From NCBI GenBank assembly GCA_044346795.1, contig JBIIYN010000001.1:1-38895 (forward strand): a DNA stretch of 38,895 nucleotides, given 5' to 3'. The notes under the pieces were generated by a model, which worked only from the letters and a program-made list of their open reading frames with translations, searched no databases and was not told where the DNA came from. Below, piece after piece: positions 14,334 through 23,167 of the stretch (within the stretch, counting starts at the first letter, position 1; each line of letters starts with the position of its first letter). Made by a program: the position numbers and the translations under genes. The DNA comes from Pirellulales bacterium (GTDB lineage: Bacteria; Planctomycetota; Planctomycetia; Pirellulales; UBA1268).

Positions 14334-16823
14334 ATGCCCACGGTGTGCCGTTCCCTGCCGACCGCCCTGCTGATCGTCGCCTGCGGCTTCGGGCTTCTCC
14401 CCCTGCGGACCGCGGCTGCGGGCGTTGAGATTTCGACCGGAACCGAGCCCGGCTCGGCCCTGCGACTCGTGGGCAGCCGCGACCGTCGCCAGCTCGTGGT
14501 CACGTCGACGCCGGGCGGGCTGGAAACCGCCATTGATCTCACGAGCGACGCAACTTGGCGGGTGGAGCCCGCCACGCTGGCGACGGTTGAGCCGGGCGGC
14601 ATGCTCGTGCCGCTGGCAGATGGCGAGGGCACGATCGTGGCGACCCTCGCCGACGCGGGCGATGCCCGGGTTCCGCTGGTGGTCGAGCGCTTCGGCGACG
14701 ATCCTCCGGTCGACTTCGTGAGCCAGATCGTTCCCCTCTTCACGAAACACGGCTGCAACGGCGGCGGCTGCCACGGCAAGAGCGGTGGGCAGAACAACTT
14801 CCGGCTTTCGCTCCTGGGCTTCGAGCCCGGCGAGGACCAGGAGCACCTCTTCAAGGAGGCCCGCGGGCGGCGGATCTCGCCGGCGGCGCCCGAGCAGAGC
14901 CTGCTGTTGGCCAAGGCCACGGCGGCGGTGCCGCACGGGGGAGGCAGGCTCATCGAGCCCGGCTCCCCGGCGTACGACCTGCTCGTCCGCTGGATCGCCG
15001 AGGGGGCGCAGCCGAGCGGGCCGAACCCGCCGCAGGTCGCCCGCATCGAGGTCTTCCCAACCGAGCGGATGATGCGGTCCGGCCAAAAGCAGCAGCTGCG
15101 GGTGCTCGCCCACTACGCCGATGGCCGCGCCCAAGACGTCACGCGGCTCGCGCAGTTCGAGTCCAACGCGGCCGACCTGGCCACCGTCGACACGACCGGG
15201 CTGGTGACGGCCGCGGACACCGGCAAGGGTCCATCCCGCTGCGGCACCGCCGGGATCATGGTGCGGTACCAGAGCCAGGTCGCGGTCTTCCGCGGCACCA
15301 CGCCGCTCGACACGCCGCTCGACAAGCTGCCCAAGCCCGAGCAGTTCGTGAGGAATCTCGTGGACGAGCAGGTGCTCGCCCAACTCGTGAAGCTGCGGCT
15401 GCCCCCGTCGCCCCCGTGCGACGACGCCACGTTCCTCCGCCGCGTCACGATCGACATCGCCGGGCGTCTGCCGACGAGCGACGAGGCGCGGGCGTTCCTG
15501 GCCGACGCGAGTCCCGGCAAGCGGGCAGCCGCGATCGACCGGTTGCTCGACTCGCCGGACTACGCGCAGTACTTCGCCATGAAGTGGATGGCGATCCTGC
15601 GGAACAAGCGGACCAGGGCGGACGAGCGAAACGGCACCTATTCCTTCCACGACTGGATCCGCGAGAGCTTCGCCGACAACAAGCCCTACGACGATTTCGT
15701 GCGGGACCTGCTCACCGCCACGGGCGAGATGTCCGTCAACCCCGCGGTCAGCTGGTACCGCCAGGCCCGCTCGGGGGACATCCTCGTCGAAGACTCCGCC
15801 CAGTTGTTCCTGGGCATGCGGATGCAGTGCGCCAAGTGCCACCATCATCCCTACGAGAACTGGGGCATGTCCGACTACTGGCAGATGGCGGCCTTCTTCT
15901 CCACGATCGGCCGCAAGCCGGGGCTTTCGCCCGCGGAGGACATGATCTTCCACACCCGCGGCACTCCCAGGGCGGCCGGGGCGCCGGCGCACGTCGCGAA
16001 CACGCCCGCGGTGCTGGGCGGCAAGCCCCTGACGATCGACCAGAACATCGACCCGCGGCAGGTGCTCGCCGACTGGATGGTGGCCCCTTCGAACCCGTTC
16101 TTCGCGAAGTCGCTTGCCAACCGCTACTGGAAGCACTTCCTCGGCGTCGGCCTCGTGGAGCCCGAGGACGACATGCGGCTCACGAACCCCGCCACCAACC
16201 CGGCCCTGCTCGACGCGCTCGCGAGGTCATTTGCGGACAGCGAATTCGACCTGAAGCAGCTGATCCGCACGATCTGCAATTCCCGGACGTACCAGCTCTC
16301 CGCGCAGCCCAACGAGTTCAACGGCACCGACCGGCAGAGCTACTCCAGGTTCTTCGCCCGGCGGCTGCCGGCCGAGGTGACGCTCGATGCCATCGACCTG
16401 CTCACCGACAGCCGCACGGGCTTCGCCGGCGTGCTGCCGGGCACCCGGGCGGTCGAACTGCCCGACCCCAACTTCGACAGCTACTTCCTCACGACCTTCG
16501 GCCGTCCGATGGGCGAATCGGCCTGTGAATGCGAGCGGGTGAACGACCCGAATCTCGCGCAGAGCCTGCACCTCGTCAACTCGTCCGAAATCCTCGCCAA
16601 GGTGGCCGGCGGACGGGTGGAGAAATTGGCGGCCCACGACGAGCGTCCACTCGCCGAGCGGGTGGGCGACCTGTATCTGATCGCGGTGGCGAGGCCGGCG
16701 CGGCCCGAGGAACTGGGCGAGATCGAGCGGTATTTCGCGGCGCGGCCCGACAAGCCGAAGGAAGCCTGGGAGGACGTCGTGTGGTCGGTCCTCAATTCGA
16801 AGGAATTCCTCTTCAACCACTGA
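14334..16823 (+). CDS. BIG2-like + DUF1549 (PSCyt2) + DUF1553 (PSD1) protein, 829 aa (arm B, gene 1; paralog of 9413-11995)
   Basis: ATG 14334 lies 8 nt after GGAG. Signal peptide present. Motifs are GCNGGGCHGKSGGQNNFRLSLLGF (14754-14774 encodes CNGGGCH), MRMQCAKCHHHPYENW (15828-15842 encodes CAKCH), FFAKSLANRYWKHFLGVGLVEPEDDMRLTNPATNPALLDALA and the same KEFLFNH C-terminus as arm A. Confidence 0.92.
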   Translation: MPTVCRSLPTALLIVACGFGLLPLRTAAAGVEISTGTEPGSALRLVGSRDRRQLVVTSTPGGLETAIDLTSDATWRVEPATLATVEPGGMLVPLADGEGTIVATLADAGDARVPLVVERFGDDPPVDFVSQIVPLFTKHGCNGGGCHGKSGGQNNFRLSLLGFEPGEDQEHLFKEARGRRISPAAPEQSLLLAKATAAVPHGGGRLIEPGSPAYDLLVRWIAEGAQPSGPNPPQVARIEVFPTERMMRSGQKQQLRVLAHYADGRAQDVTRLAQFESNAADLATVDTTGLVTAADTGKGPSRCGTAGIMVRYQSQVAVFRGTTPLDTPLDKLPKPEQFVRNLVDEQVLAQLVKLRLPPSPPCDDATFLRRVTIDIAGRLPTSDEARAFLADASPGKRAAAIDRLLDSPDYAQYFAMKWMAILRNKRTRADERNGTYSFHDWIRESFADNKPYDDFVRDLLTATGEMSVNPAVSWYRQARSGDILVEDSAQLFLGMRMQCAKCHHHPYENWGMSDYWQMAAFFSTIGRKPGLSPAEDMIFHTRGTPRAAGAPAHVANTPAVLGGKPLTIDQNIDPRQVLADWMVAPSNPFFAKSLANRYWKHFLGVGLVEPEDDMRLTNPATNPALLDALARSFADSEFDLKQLIRTICNSRTYQLSAQPNEFNGTDRQSYSRFFARRLPAEVTLDAIDLLTDSRTGFAGVLPGTRAVELPDPNFDSYFLTTFGRPMGESACECERVNDPNLAQSLHLVNSSEILAKVAGGRVEKLAAHDERPLAERVGDLYLIAVARPARPEELGEIERYFAARPDKPKEAWEDVVWSVLNSKEFLFNH

Positions 16824-16853
16824 TGCCGACACCGCCGCTGTTGGAGGAAACCC

Positions 16854-19814
16854 ATGGGCAAGTCGATCCCGGCCGCGGCGTGGGCCGCTGCGGTCCTCAC
16901 GGTATCGTTCGCCTCGGCACAGTTGCCTGAGCCGCGGCTCACGGTGATGGAGCCGCCCGGTGGCATGCGGGGCGGCAGCGTTGAGGTGACGGTCGCCGGT
17001 GGCGACCTCGACGGCCTCAGCGGCATGACCTTTTCCCACCCCGGCATCACGGCCAAGCCGGTGGCCGAAGACCCGCCGAAGCTGCTCGTCACGATCGCCG
17101 CCGACGTGCCGCCCGGCCTGCACGAGGCGGCGGTCGTCACACCCCTCGGCGTCAGCAATGCGCGGATGTTCGTGGTTGGCCGCGGTCCGGAACTGCGCAA
17201 GACGGCGGCGATCGATGCGGCCGACAAGGCGCTCGCGCTGCCGGCCGAGGCCACCGTCAACGCGCGAACCGAGGCCGATCAGGGCGACCATTACGCGATC
17301 ACGTGCGCGGCGGACAAGCGGGTCCGGGCGGAGGTCTGGGCGCAGCGGATCGACTCGCTGCTCACGCCCGTGATCACGGTGTTCGGCCCGGATGGCGAGG
17401 AAATCGAGACGATCGACGACTCCATCGCCGGCGATCCGGCCGTCGACTTCACGCCGACGAAGGCGGGCCGGCACGTGATCCGCGTGCACGACAAATTCGC
17501 CGGTGGCGGTCCCGGATACGTCTATCGGCTCGGCATCTCGACCGGGCCGGTGGTGCTCGGCGTGTTCCCGCCGGTCGTCAAGCCGGGCGGAACGGCCTCG
17601 TTCACACTCGTGGGCCGAGACCTCGGCCCGGCGGCGGTGCCGATGCCCGAAGCCGCCGACATCGGACTCCAGCAGATGCCGGTGCAGGCAAGCCCCGGCG
17701 AAATCGCCTTCGACGAGGCCGTGGTGCCGGCATGGAGAATTCTTTCGCCTTGGGACACCGCGGCCGATCTCGTCCGGCTGCGCGGCGGGCTGTTCGACGC
17801 CGCCGCCAATCAGCCACTCGCGCTGGCCGTCGACCTGCCTGTGATCGAGGAGGCGGAACCCAACGACGACCCGGCTTCGCCGCAGGCGATCGAACGGCCC
17901 GCCGCGATCGCCGGCCGGTTCCACCCGCGGGGCGACCGCGACTGGTTCACGTTCGACGCGAAGGCCGGCGAGGAGATCGTGTTCGATCTCTATTCGCGGC
18001 GGCTCGGCGGGGCGACGGACGCCGCGATCCTCGTGCAGCAGGTGGTGAAGGCTGCCGACGGCAAGCCGCAGTTCAAGGAGGTGGCCTACGCCGACGACGC
18101 GCCCGGCGCGTTCGCCGGCGAGGCGGCCCTCTCCCGCCCGTCGCTCGATCCGATGCTCACGTTCAAGGCTCCGGCGGACGGTTCCTACCGCGTGCTCGTC
18201 CGCGAGCAGTCCGTCGACTCGGTGGCGCACGTGACCACGGCGTACGTGCTGCAGGTCCGGCCCACGCGGCCCGACTTCCGCCTGCTCGCGATCGTCGCGC
18301 GGCCGTCCGCCCAGCAGGACAAGCTCGACATCGACAGCCGCAAGCTCGTCAGCAGCACGTCGCTCCCGGCGGGAGGGACGGCGCTGATCGACGTGGTGAT
18401 CCTGCGCCGGGACGGCTTCGCGGGCGAAGTCACCATCTCGGCCGAGGACCTGCCGCCCGGCGTCACCGCGCCGGCGATCACGATTCCGGCGGCCGCACAG
18501 CGGGGCGTGGTCGTGTTGCAGGCTGCCGATGACGCGCAGCCGGCCGTGAAGGCCGTGCGGCTCGTGGGCCGGGCGACGATCGGCGGCACCGAGATCGTGC
18601 GGGCGGCGACCGCCACGACGCTGCAGCGGAGCTACGGCCCCCCGGCCGATCCGCGGAGTTTTCACGCGCCGCTGCGGGTGAGCGGCGTGATCAACGTCGC
18701 CGTGACCTCCGCCGTGGCCCCGATGACCGTCCGGCCGAAGGAGCCCGGGAAGAGCTGGGAGACGTCGCGGGGCGGGACGCTCTCGGTTCCGATCGACGTC
18801 GTGCAGCGGCCGACCGCGAAGGGCGCGGTGTCCCTCGCGCCGCTCGTGCATCCCAACTCGCCGAACACGAAGCTGCCGGTCGAACTGAAGGTGACGGAGC
18901 TGAAGATCGCCGAGTTCAAGCCGGCGGCCGCCGCCGCTCCGCCGTCCCCACCGGCACCGCCGACTGCTCCCGCGCCGGCCGCCGGCCAGGCTCCGCCGCA
19001 GCCGGCCCCGCCAGCCACACCCGAGGCTTCGCCCGTGCCCCCTCCCGTCCCGCTGGTTTCCGCCACCGCGGTCACGATCGAACTCGCTCCCACGCTGGCA
19101 CCGGGCACCTACTCGGTGGCGCTCGGCGGCACGGTCAAGATGTCCTTCACGCCCAGCCCCGTGCCGGCCGCCAAGGCGAGGGCCGAGGCCAAGAACGCGG
19201 CCGACACCGTGAAGGAGCTCATGACGAAGCGCGACGCGGCGAAACAGGCCCTCGCCGCGGCGGAGGCAAAGGCCGTCGGCGGCCAGGCCGATTTCGTGGC
19301 GGCCCGCGATGCGGCGAAGGCGGCCGCCGTCGCCGCGGACGAGGCATTCATCAGAGCCGACAAGGAGCAGAAGCGGCTGGACAAGGTGGCGACGGACAGG
19401 GAGAAGGCGGCCGCGGTCAAGGACATCGATGTGCCGGTGATCCTGCCGCCGATCACGGTCGTGGTCCGCGAGTCGCCGGCGGAGCCGAAACTCGACCGCG
19501 CGGAGATCGCCGTGCAGGCGGGTGGCACGGCCGACCTCGCCGTTGCACTCGAGCGCAAATTCGGGTTCACGGGACCCGTGTCACTCGAAGCGGCGGCAGC
19601 CACGCCGGTCGCCGGCCTCTCGGTGAAGCCCGTGACGGTCGCCGCCGACGCCGCGACTGGCACGCTGCAGGTCGTGACGGCCCCCACCACGCCCCCCGGC
19701 ACGTTCACCCTTGCCGTGAAGGGGAAGATGCCGTTCGCCGGCAAGGACGTGACATTCGAGCGAAGGCTCGCGGTCGTCGTGTCGCCCAAGCCCAAGGAGC
19801 CTGCAAAGCCATGA
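16854..19814 (+). CDS. Large secreted Ig/PPC-like protein with Ala-rich coiled coil and Pro-rich linker, 986 aa (arm B, gene 2; paralog of 6471-9398)
   Basis: ATG 16854 lies after GGAGGAAACCC. Signal peptide ends ..ASAQLPEPRLTVMEPPGG. PPC-like blocks are GDHYAITCAADKRVRAEVW and EEAEPNDDPASPQ..GDRDWFTFDAKAGEEIVFDL. Pro/Ala linker at 18919-19060 and coiled coil at ~19155-19430. Confidence 0.9.
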   Translation: MGKSIPAAAWAAAVLTVSFASAQLPEPRLTVMEPPGGMRGGSVEVTVAGGDLDGLSGMTFSHPGITAKPVAEDPPKLLVTIAADVPPGLHEAAVVTPLGVSNARMFVVGRGPELRKTAAIDAADKALALPAEATVNARTEADQGDHYAITCAADKRVRAEVWAQRIDSLLTPVITVFGPDGEEIETIDDSIAGDPAVDFTPTKAGRHVIRVHDKFAGGGPGYVYRLGISTGPVVLGVFPPVVKPGGTASFTLVGRDLGPAAVPMPEAADIGLQQMPVQASPGEIAFDEAVVPAWRILSPWDTAADLVRLRGGLFDAAANQPLALAVDLPVIEEAEPNDDPASPQAIERPAAIAGRFHPRGDRDWFTFDAKAGEEIVFDLYSRRLGGATDAAILVQQVVKAADGKPQFKEVAYADDAPGAFAGEAALSRPSLDPMLTFKAPADGSYRVLVREQSVDSVAHVTTAYVLQVRPTRPDFRLLAIVARPSAQQDKLDIDSRKLVSSTSLPAGGTALIDVVILRRDGFAGEVTISAEDLPPGVTAPAITIPAAAQRGVVVLQAADDAQPAVKAVRLVGRATIGGTEIVRAATATTLQRSYGPPADPRSFHAPLRVSGVINVAVTSAVAPMTVRPKEPGKSWETSRGGTLSVPIDVVQRPTAKGAVSLAPLVHPNSPNTKLPVELKVTELKIAEFKPAAAAAPPSPPAPPTAPAPAAGQAPPQPAPPATPEASPVPPPVPLVSATAVTIELAPTLAPGTYSVALGGTVKMSFTPSPVPAAKARAEAKNAADTVKELMTKRDAAKQALAAAEAKAVGGQADFVAARDAAKAAAVAADEAFIRADKEQKRLDKVATDREKAAAVKDIDVPVILPPITVVVRESPAEPKLDRAEIAVQAGGTADLAVALERKFGFTGPVSLEAAAATPVAGLSVKPVTVAADAATGTLQVVTAPTTPPGTFTLAVKGKMPFAGKDVTFERRLAVVVSPKPKEPAKP
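19155..19430 (+). other. ~90-aa Ala-rich coiled-coil-like insert in the PPC/Ig protein (arm B)
   Basis: Encodes PAAKARAEAKNAADTVKELMTKRDAAKQALAAAEAKAVGG...AFIRADKEQKRLDKVATDREKAAAV at the same position as in arm A. Confidence 0.65.
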
Positions 19815-22800
19815 GCACCTTTCGGAGCACCTCACGATCGGCCGCCGTCGTTCCCCGTCATTTCGCGTTTCGTCGCGGCTGTATCGTCGTCAGCGGCGGA
19901 CTGGCCCTCTTGATCGGCGGCGGCACGCTGCCGACGACGGCCCGTGCCGCCGGTCTCCCGGTCACGACCCCGAACCGCAAGGAGCCGGTGCGGTTCGGCG
20001 ACGAGATCGTGCCGCTGCTCGCGGCGAACTGCACCGCCTGCCACAACAAGACGCTCGCCGAGGGGGGGCTGTCGATGGAGTCGCTGGCGACGATGCAGAA
20101 AGGGGGCGACTCGGGCCCGGCGATCGCGGCCGGCAAGCCGGCGGAGAGCGTGCTCTTCCAGCGGGCGTCGCACCGGCAGGGGGACGCGATGCCCCCGGCC
20201 GACAACAAGGTCGGCGCGAAGAACCTCACGCCCGAGCAACTCGGGCTGCTCGAACGGTGGATCGCCGAAGGAGCCGGGGGCTCGGAGATCGTCGCCAAGC
20301 CGATCAACTGGCGGCCGCCGCCGAAGGGGATCGGAGGCGTGATCGCCGTGGCGATGTCGGCGGACGGCCAGCTCACCGCGGCGGCCCGGGGCGGCCGGCT
20401 GACGGTGTTCGACACGCAGAGCGGCACATCGCTGGCGACGCTCGTCGATCCCGCGCTCGCCGGGAGCGGGCCCGATCTCGCCCACGCCGACATCATCTCG
20501 AGCGCGGCCTTCTCACCAGCCGAGGACATGCTGGCGACCGGGTCGTACCGCACGATCAAGTTCTGGAAGCGGGCCGGCGTGCGGAAGTTCGCCGACGTGG
20601 CCGGCTCGGCCGGGGCGACCGGTGCCGTTGCCGCCCGTGCGGGCTCACCGGTCGCGGTGCCGCTCGCCGACGGGCGGGTGGCGATCGTCGACACGTCCGC
20701 CGCTGCGCCGGCGCTCGTGCGGACCGTGGGTGCGGCCGGACCGGCGGCCGTGGCCGTGGCGATCTCGGCCGATGGCGCGGTCGTCGCGGTCGCCGGCCAG
20801 GACAAGGCCGTCAGCCTTTGGCAGGTGGCCGATGGTGCGGCGGCCGGCCGGTTCACGAGGCCTGCTGACATCCGTTCGCTCACGTTCGCCGCCGGTGGCA
20901 AGCGGCTCGTGACGGCGGAGGCCGACGGCGTGCTGCGGGTGTGGGAATCGCCCGTCGCCGGCGGGGACCCTGCCGCCGTGAAGCCGATCAAGGAGATCCC
21001 GGGGGCGGCCCATCCCGTGGTCGGTCTCGCGGAACTGCCGGCGGCAGCCCCGCCGGCAGCGGCCGGTCAGCCCCCCGCGACGGCCCGGGCCGCGATCGTC
21101 GTCGGCGGCTGCGGCGACGGCGCCGTCAAGCTCTGGAACATCGACACCGGCGCGATGGTTCGGCAGGTCGCCCATGGCGGCGCCGTGGCCGGCGTCGCCG
21201 TGAGCCCGGATGGCAGCGTCATCGCCTCGGTCGGCGCGGTGCCGGGCGTGAAGCTTTGGAAGGCGGCCGACGGGGCGGCCATCGCGCACACGACCGGCGA
21301 CTTCCGAATCGCCGAGCGGCTCGCCCGAAAAGACGCCGACATCGCCGTCCTCAAGCGGGATGTCGAGCATGCGAAGGCGGAGGTGGCCGCGGCCGAAAAG
21401 GGGAAAAAGGCGGCGGCCGACGAGATCAAGAAGGCGACCGACAAGCTCGCGGCCGCGGAGAAGAATCTCAAGGAAAAGGAGACGCCGTTCCTCGCCGGGA
21501 AGATGGCTCGCGAGGACGCCGAGAAGCAGGCCGCGGCGGCGACCATGGCCGTCACGCAGGCCGAGGCGGCGGTCGCGGCGGCCACGAAGGGGGTGGAAGC
21601 CCTGCCGTCCGGCGCCGACGCCGCAGCGAAGGCCGGCCCGGAGCAGGCCCTCGCGAAGGCCAGGCGGGATCTGGACATGGCGAAGGCGAAGGCCGCGCCG
21701 CTCGTGGCGGCGGTGACCGCGAAGACCGAGGCAGAGAAGCCGCTCGCACAGGCATTCACCACCGCGCAGGCCGACGCGGAGCGGACCAAGCGGTTCGCGG
21801 ACGACGTGGCTGCCGAGGCCAGGAAGGCCGACGCCGCCGTGCCGGCCCGGCAGGCGGATCAGCAGGCCGCCGAGGCGAAACTGAAAACCGTGGAGGCCGA
21901 ACGGCCCCCGATCGAGGCCGAACTGAAGGCCTCCGCCCGGCCCTTCGCGGCCGTCGCGTTCTCGCACGACGGCACGACCGTGCTGGCCATCGACGCCGTG
22001 CCGAATGGAGCCGCGTGGAACGTCGTGGCGTTCAGCGGCAAGGATGGCCAGCCCCGGCGGTCGTTCCCGATGCCCCCGCAGTCCACGGCGATCGCCGCGG
22101 CCGCAGGTGGGCGGATCGTCACGGCCGGGGGGCCGGCGCAGGCCGTCGTCCACGATGCCGGTGAGAAGTGGGATCTCGTCCGCACGATCGGCGGCGAAAA
22201 GACACCCTCGGCGGCCGACGAGGATCCTGTCGGGCCTCCGCTGGATTGCGTCTTTTCGCTGGCGTTCTCGCCCGATGGCGCGACGCTCGCCTCCGGCAGC
22301 GGCCGCTCCAGCCGCAGCGGCGAGATCAAGCTCTGGAGGACGGCCGACGGGTCGCTCATCCGGTCGATCCGGCAGGCCCACTCCGACACGGTGGTCGCCC
22401 TCGCCTTCTCCCGCGACGGTACCCGGCTGGCCTCCGGCAGCACCGACCGGTTCGCCAGGATTCATCTGGTAGCCGATGGAAAGCGGGAGCGGTCGCTCGA
22501 AGGGCACACCGGCCACGTGCTCGGCGTCGCCTGGCAGGCCGACGGCCGGCGGCTCGTGACCGCCGGGGGCGACAACGTCGTGAAGGTCTGGAAGGTGGTG
22601 ACGACCACGCTGCACGAGGACCTGAAGTTCGCCGCCACCGACCCGGCCGAGCGGACGATCCAGGGTGCCACCCGGGAGGTGAGCGGGGTGAAGTTCCTCG
22701 GCGAAGGGGACGAATTCGTGGCCACCAGCGGCGACAAGTCGATCCGCGTCGTCAACGCGGCGACCGGCGTCGTCGTCCGATCGCTCGTCGGCGCGGGCGA

Positions 22801-22927
22801 CTTCGTCAGTGCGCTGGCCGTGTCGGGCCAACGCGTGGCCGCCGGCAGCCAGGACGGCCGGCTTGGCATCTGGAAGGCGACGGAGCCCAAGCAGCTCGTG
22901 ACGGTCGAACCGGCCGCCAAGCAATGA
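19811..22927 (+). CDS. Secreted PSCyt1 (CxxCH) + WD40 protein with central Ala-rich coiled coil, 1038 aa (arm B, gene 3; paralog of 3376-6474)
   Basis: ATG 19811 overlaps the upstream stop (ATGA), exactly as in arm A. NCTACHN is encoded at 20030-20044. WD40-like blades are LATGSYRTIKFWK, GCGDGAVKLWN, LASGSTDRFARIHL, GGDNVVKVWK and SQDGRLGIWK. Coiled coil at ~21300-21945. Confidence 0.92.
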   Translation: MSTFRSTSRSAAVVPRHFAFRRGCIVVSGGLALLIGGGTLPTTARAAGLPVTTPNRKEPVRFGDEIVPLLAANCTACHNKTLAEGGLSMESLATMQKGGDSGPAIAAGKPAESVLFQRASHRQGDAMPPADNKVGAKNLTPEQLGLLERWIAEGAGGSEIVAKPINWRPPPKGIGGVIAVAMSADGQLTAAARGGRLTVFDTQSGTSLATLVDPALAGSGPDLAHADIISSAAFSPAEDMLATGSYRTIKFWKRAGVRKFADVAGSAGATGAVAARAGSPVAVPLADGRVAIVDTSAAAPALVRTVGAAGPAAVAVAISADGAVVAVAGQDKAVSLWQVADGAAAGRFTRPADIRSLTFAAGGKRLVTAEADGVLRVWESPVAGGDPAAVKPIKEIPGAAHPVVGLAELPAAAPPAAAGQPPATARAAIVVGGCGDGAVKLWNIDTGAMVRQVAHGGAVAGVAVSPDGSVIASVGAVPGVKLWKAADGAAIAHTTGDFRIAERLARKDADIAVLKRDVEHAKAEVAAAEKGKKAAADEIKKATDKLAAAEKNLKEKETPFLAGKMAREDAEKQAAAATMAVTQAEAAVAAATKGVEALPSGADAAAKAGPEQALAKARRDLDMAKAKAAPLVAAVTAKTEAEKPLAQAFTTAQADAERTKRFADDVAAEARKADAAVPARQADQQAAEAKLKTVEAERPPIEAELKASARPFAAVAFSHDGTTVLAIDAVPNGAAWNVVAFSGKDGQPRRSFPMPPQSTAIAAAAGGRIVTAGGPAQAVVHDAGEKWDLVRTIGGEKTPSAADEDPVGPPLDCVFSLAFSPDGATLASGSGRSSRSGEIKLWRTADGSLIRSIRQAHSDTVVALAFSRDGTRLASGSTDRFARIHLVADGKRERSLEGHTGHVLGVAWQADGRRLVTAGGDNVVKVWKVVTTTLHEDLKFAATDPAERTIQGATREVSGVKFLGEGDEFVATSGDKSIRVVNAATGVVVRSLVGAGDFVSALAVSGQRVAAGSQDGRLGIWKATEPKQLVTVEPAAKQ
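21300..21945 (+). other. Ala/Lys/Glu-rich coiled-coil-like coding segment splitting the WD40 blocks (arm B)
   Basis: Encodes ..RLARKDADIAVLKRDVEHAKAEVAAAEKGKKAAADEIKKATDKLAAAEKNLKEKE....RQADQQAAEAKLKTVEAER.. at the same position as in arm A. Coordinates are approximate. Confidence 0.7.
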
Positions 22928-23167
22928 GGTCCCGGGCGATTGGGAGAAATTTTTGGCCAGCCCACGGCCCAGACGAACACTGTTTTCGCGTCATTTTTTG
23001 GCGTGATCGACCTTCCCGGCGGGGGCCTGAAACCATTTGACCGGATCGGTCATGAGAAACTAGGCTGTCGAGGTTCGATGTGCCGAATGAAATGGCGGCC
23101 TGGGGACGGATTTCAACAGCCCTCCGGATTGAATCCGCCGAAACCACGATCGCTGGAGAGTGCGCCC

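Larger units (their letters stand above)
14334..22927 (+). repeat. Arm B of the diverged inverted segmental duplication
   Basis: See arm A. The two arms share gene order, similar lengths (829/986/1038 aa vs 860/975/1032 aa) and the same ATGA overlap between genes 2 and 3. Confidence 0.85.

Noticed and set aside
11187-15046. A pair of antisense ORFs (11187-11939 + and 14183-15046 -) with strikingly similar protein sequences, which looks like a conserved overlapping gene.
   Set aside because: The similarity is the trivial mirror of the paralogy between the two DUF1549/DUF1553 genes they overlap. Their composition is Ser/Arg/Pro/Thr-rich junk.
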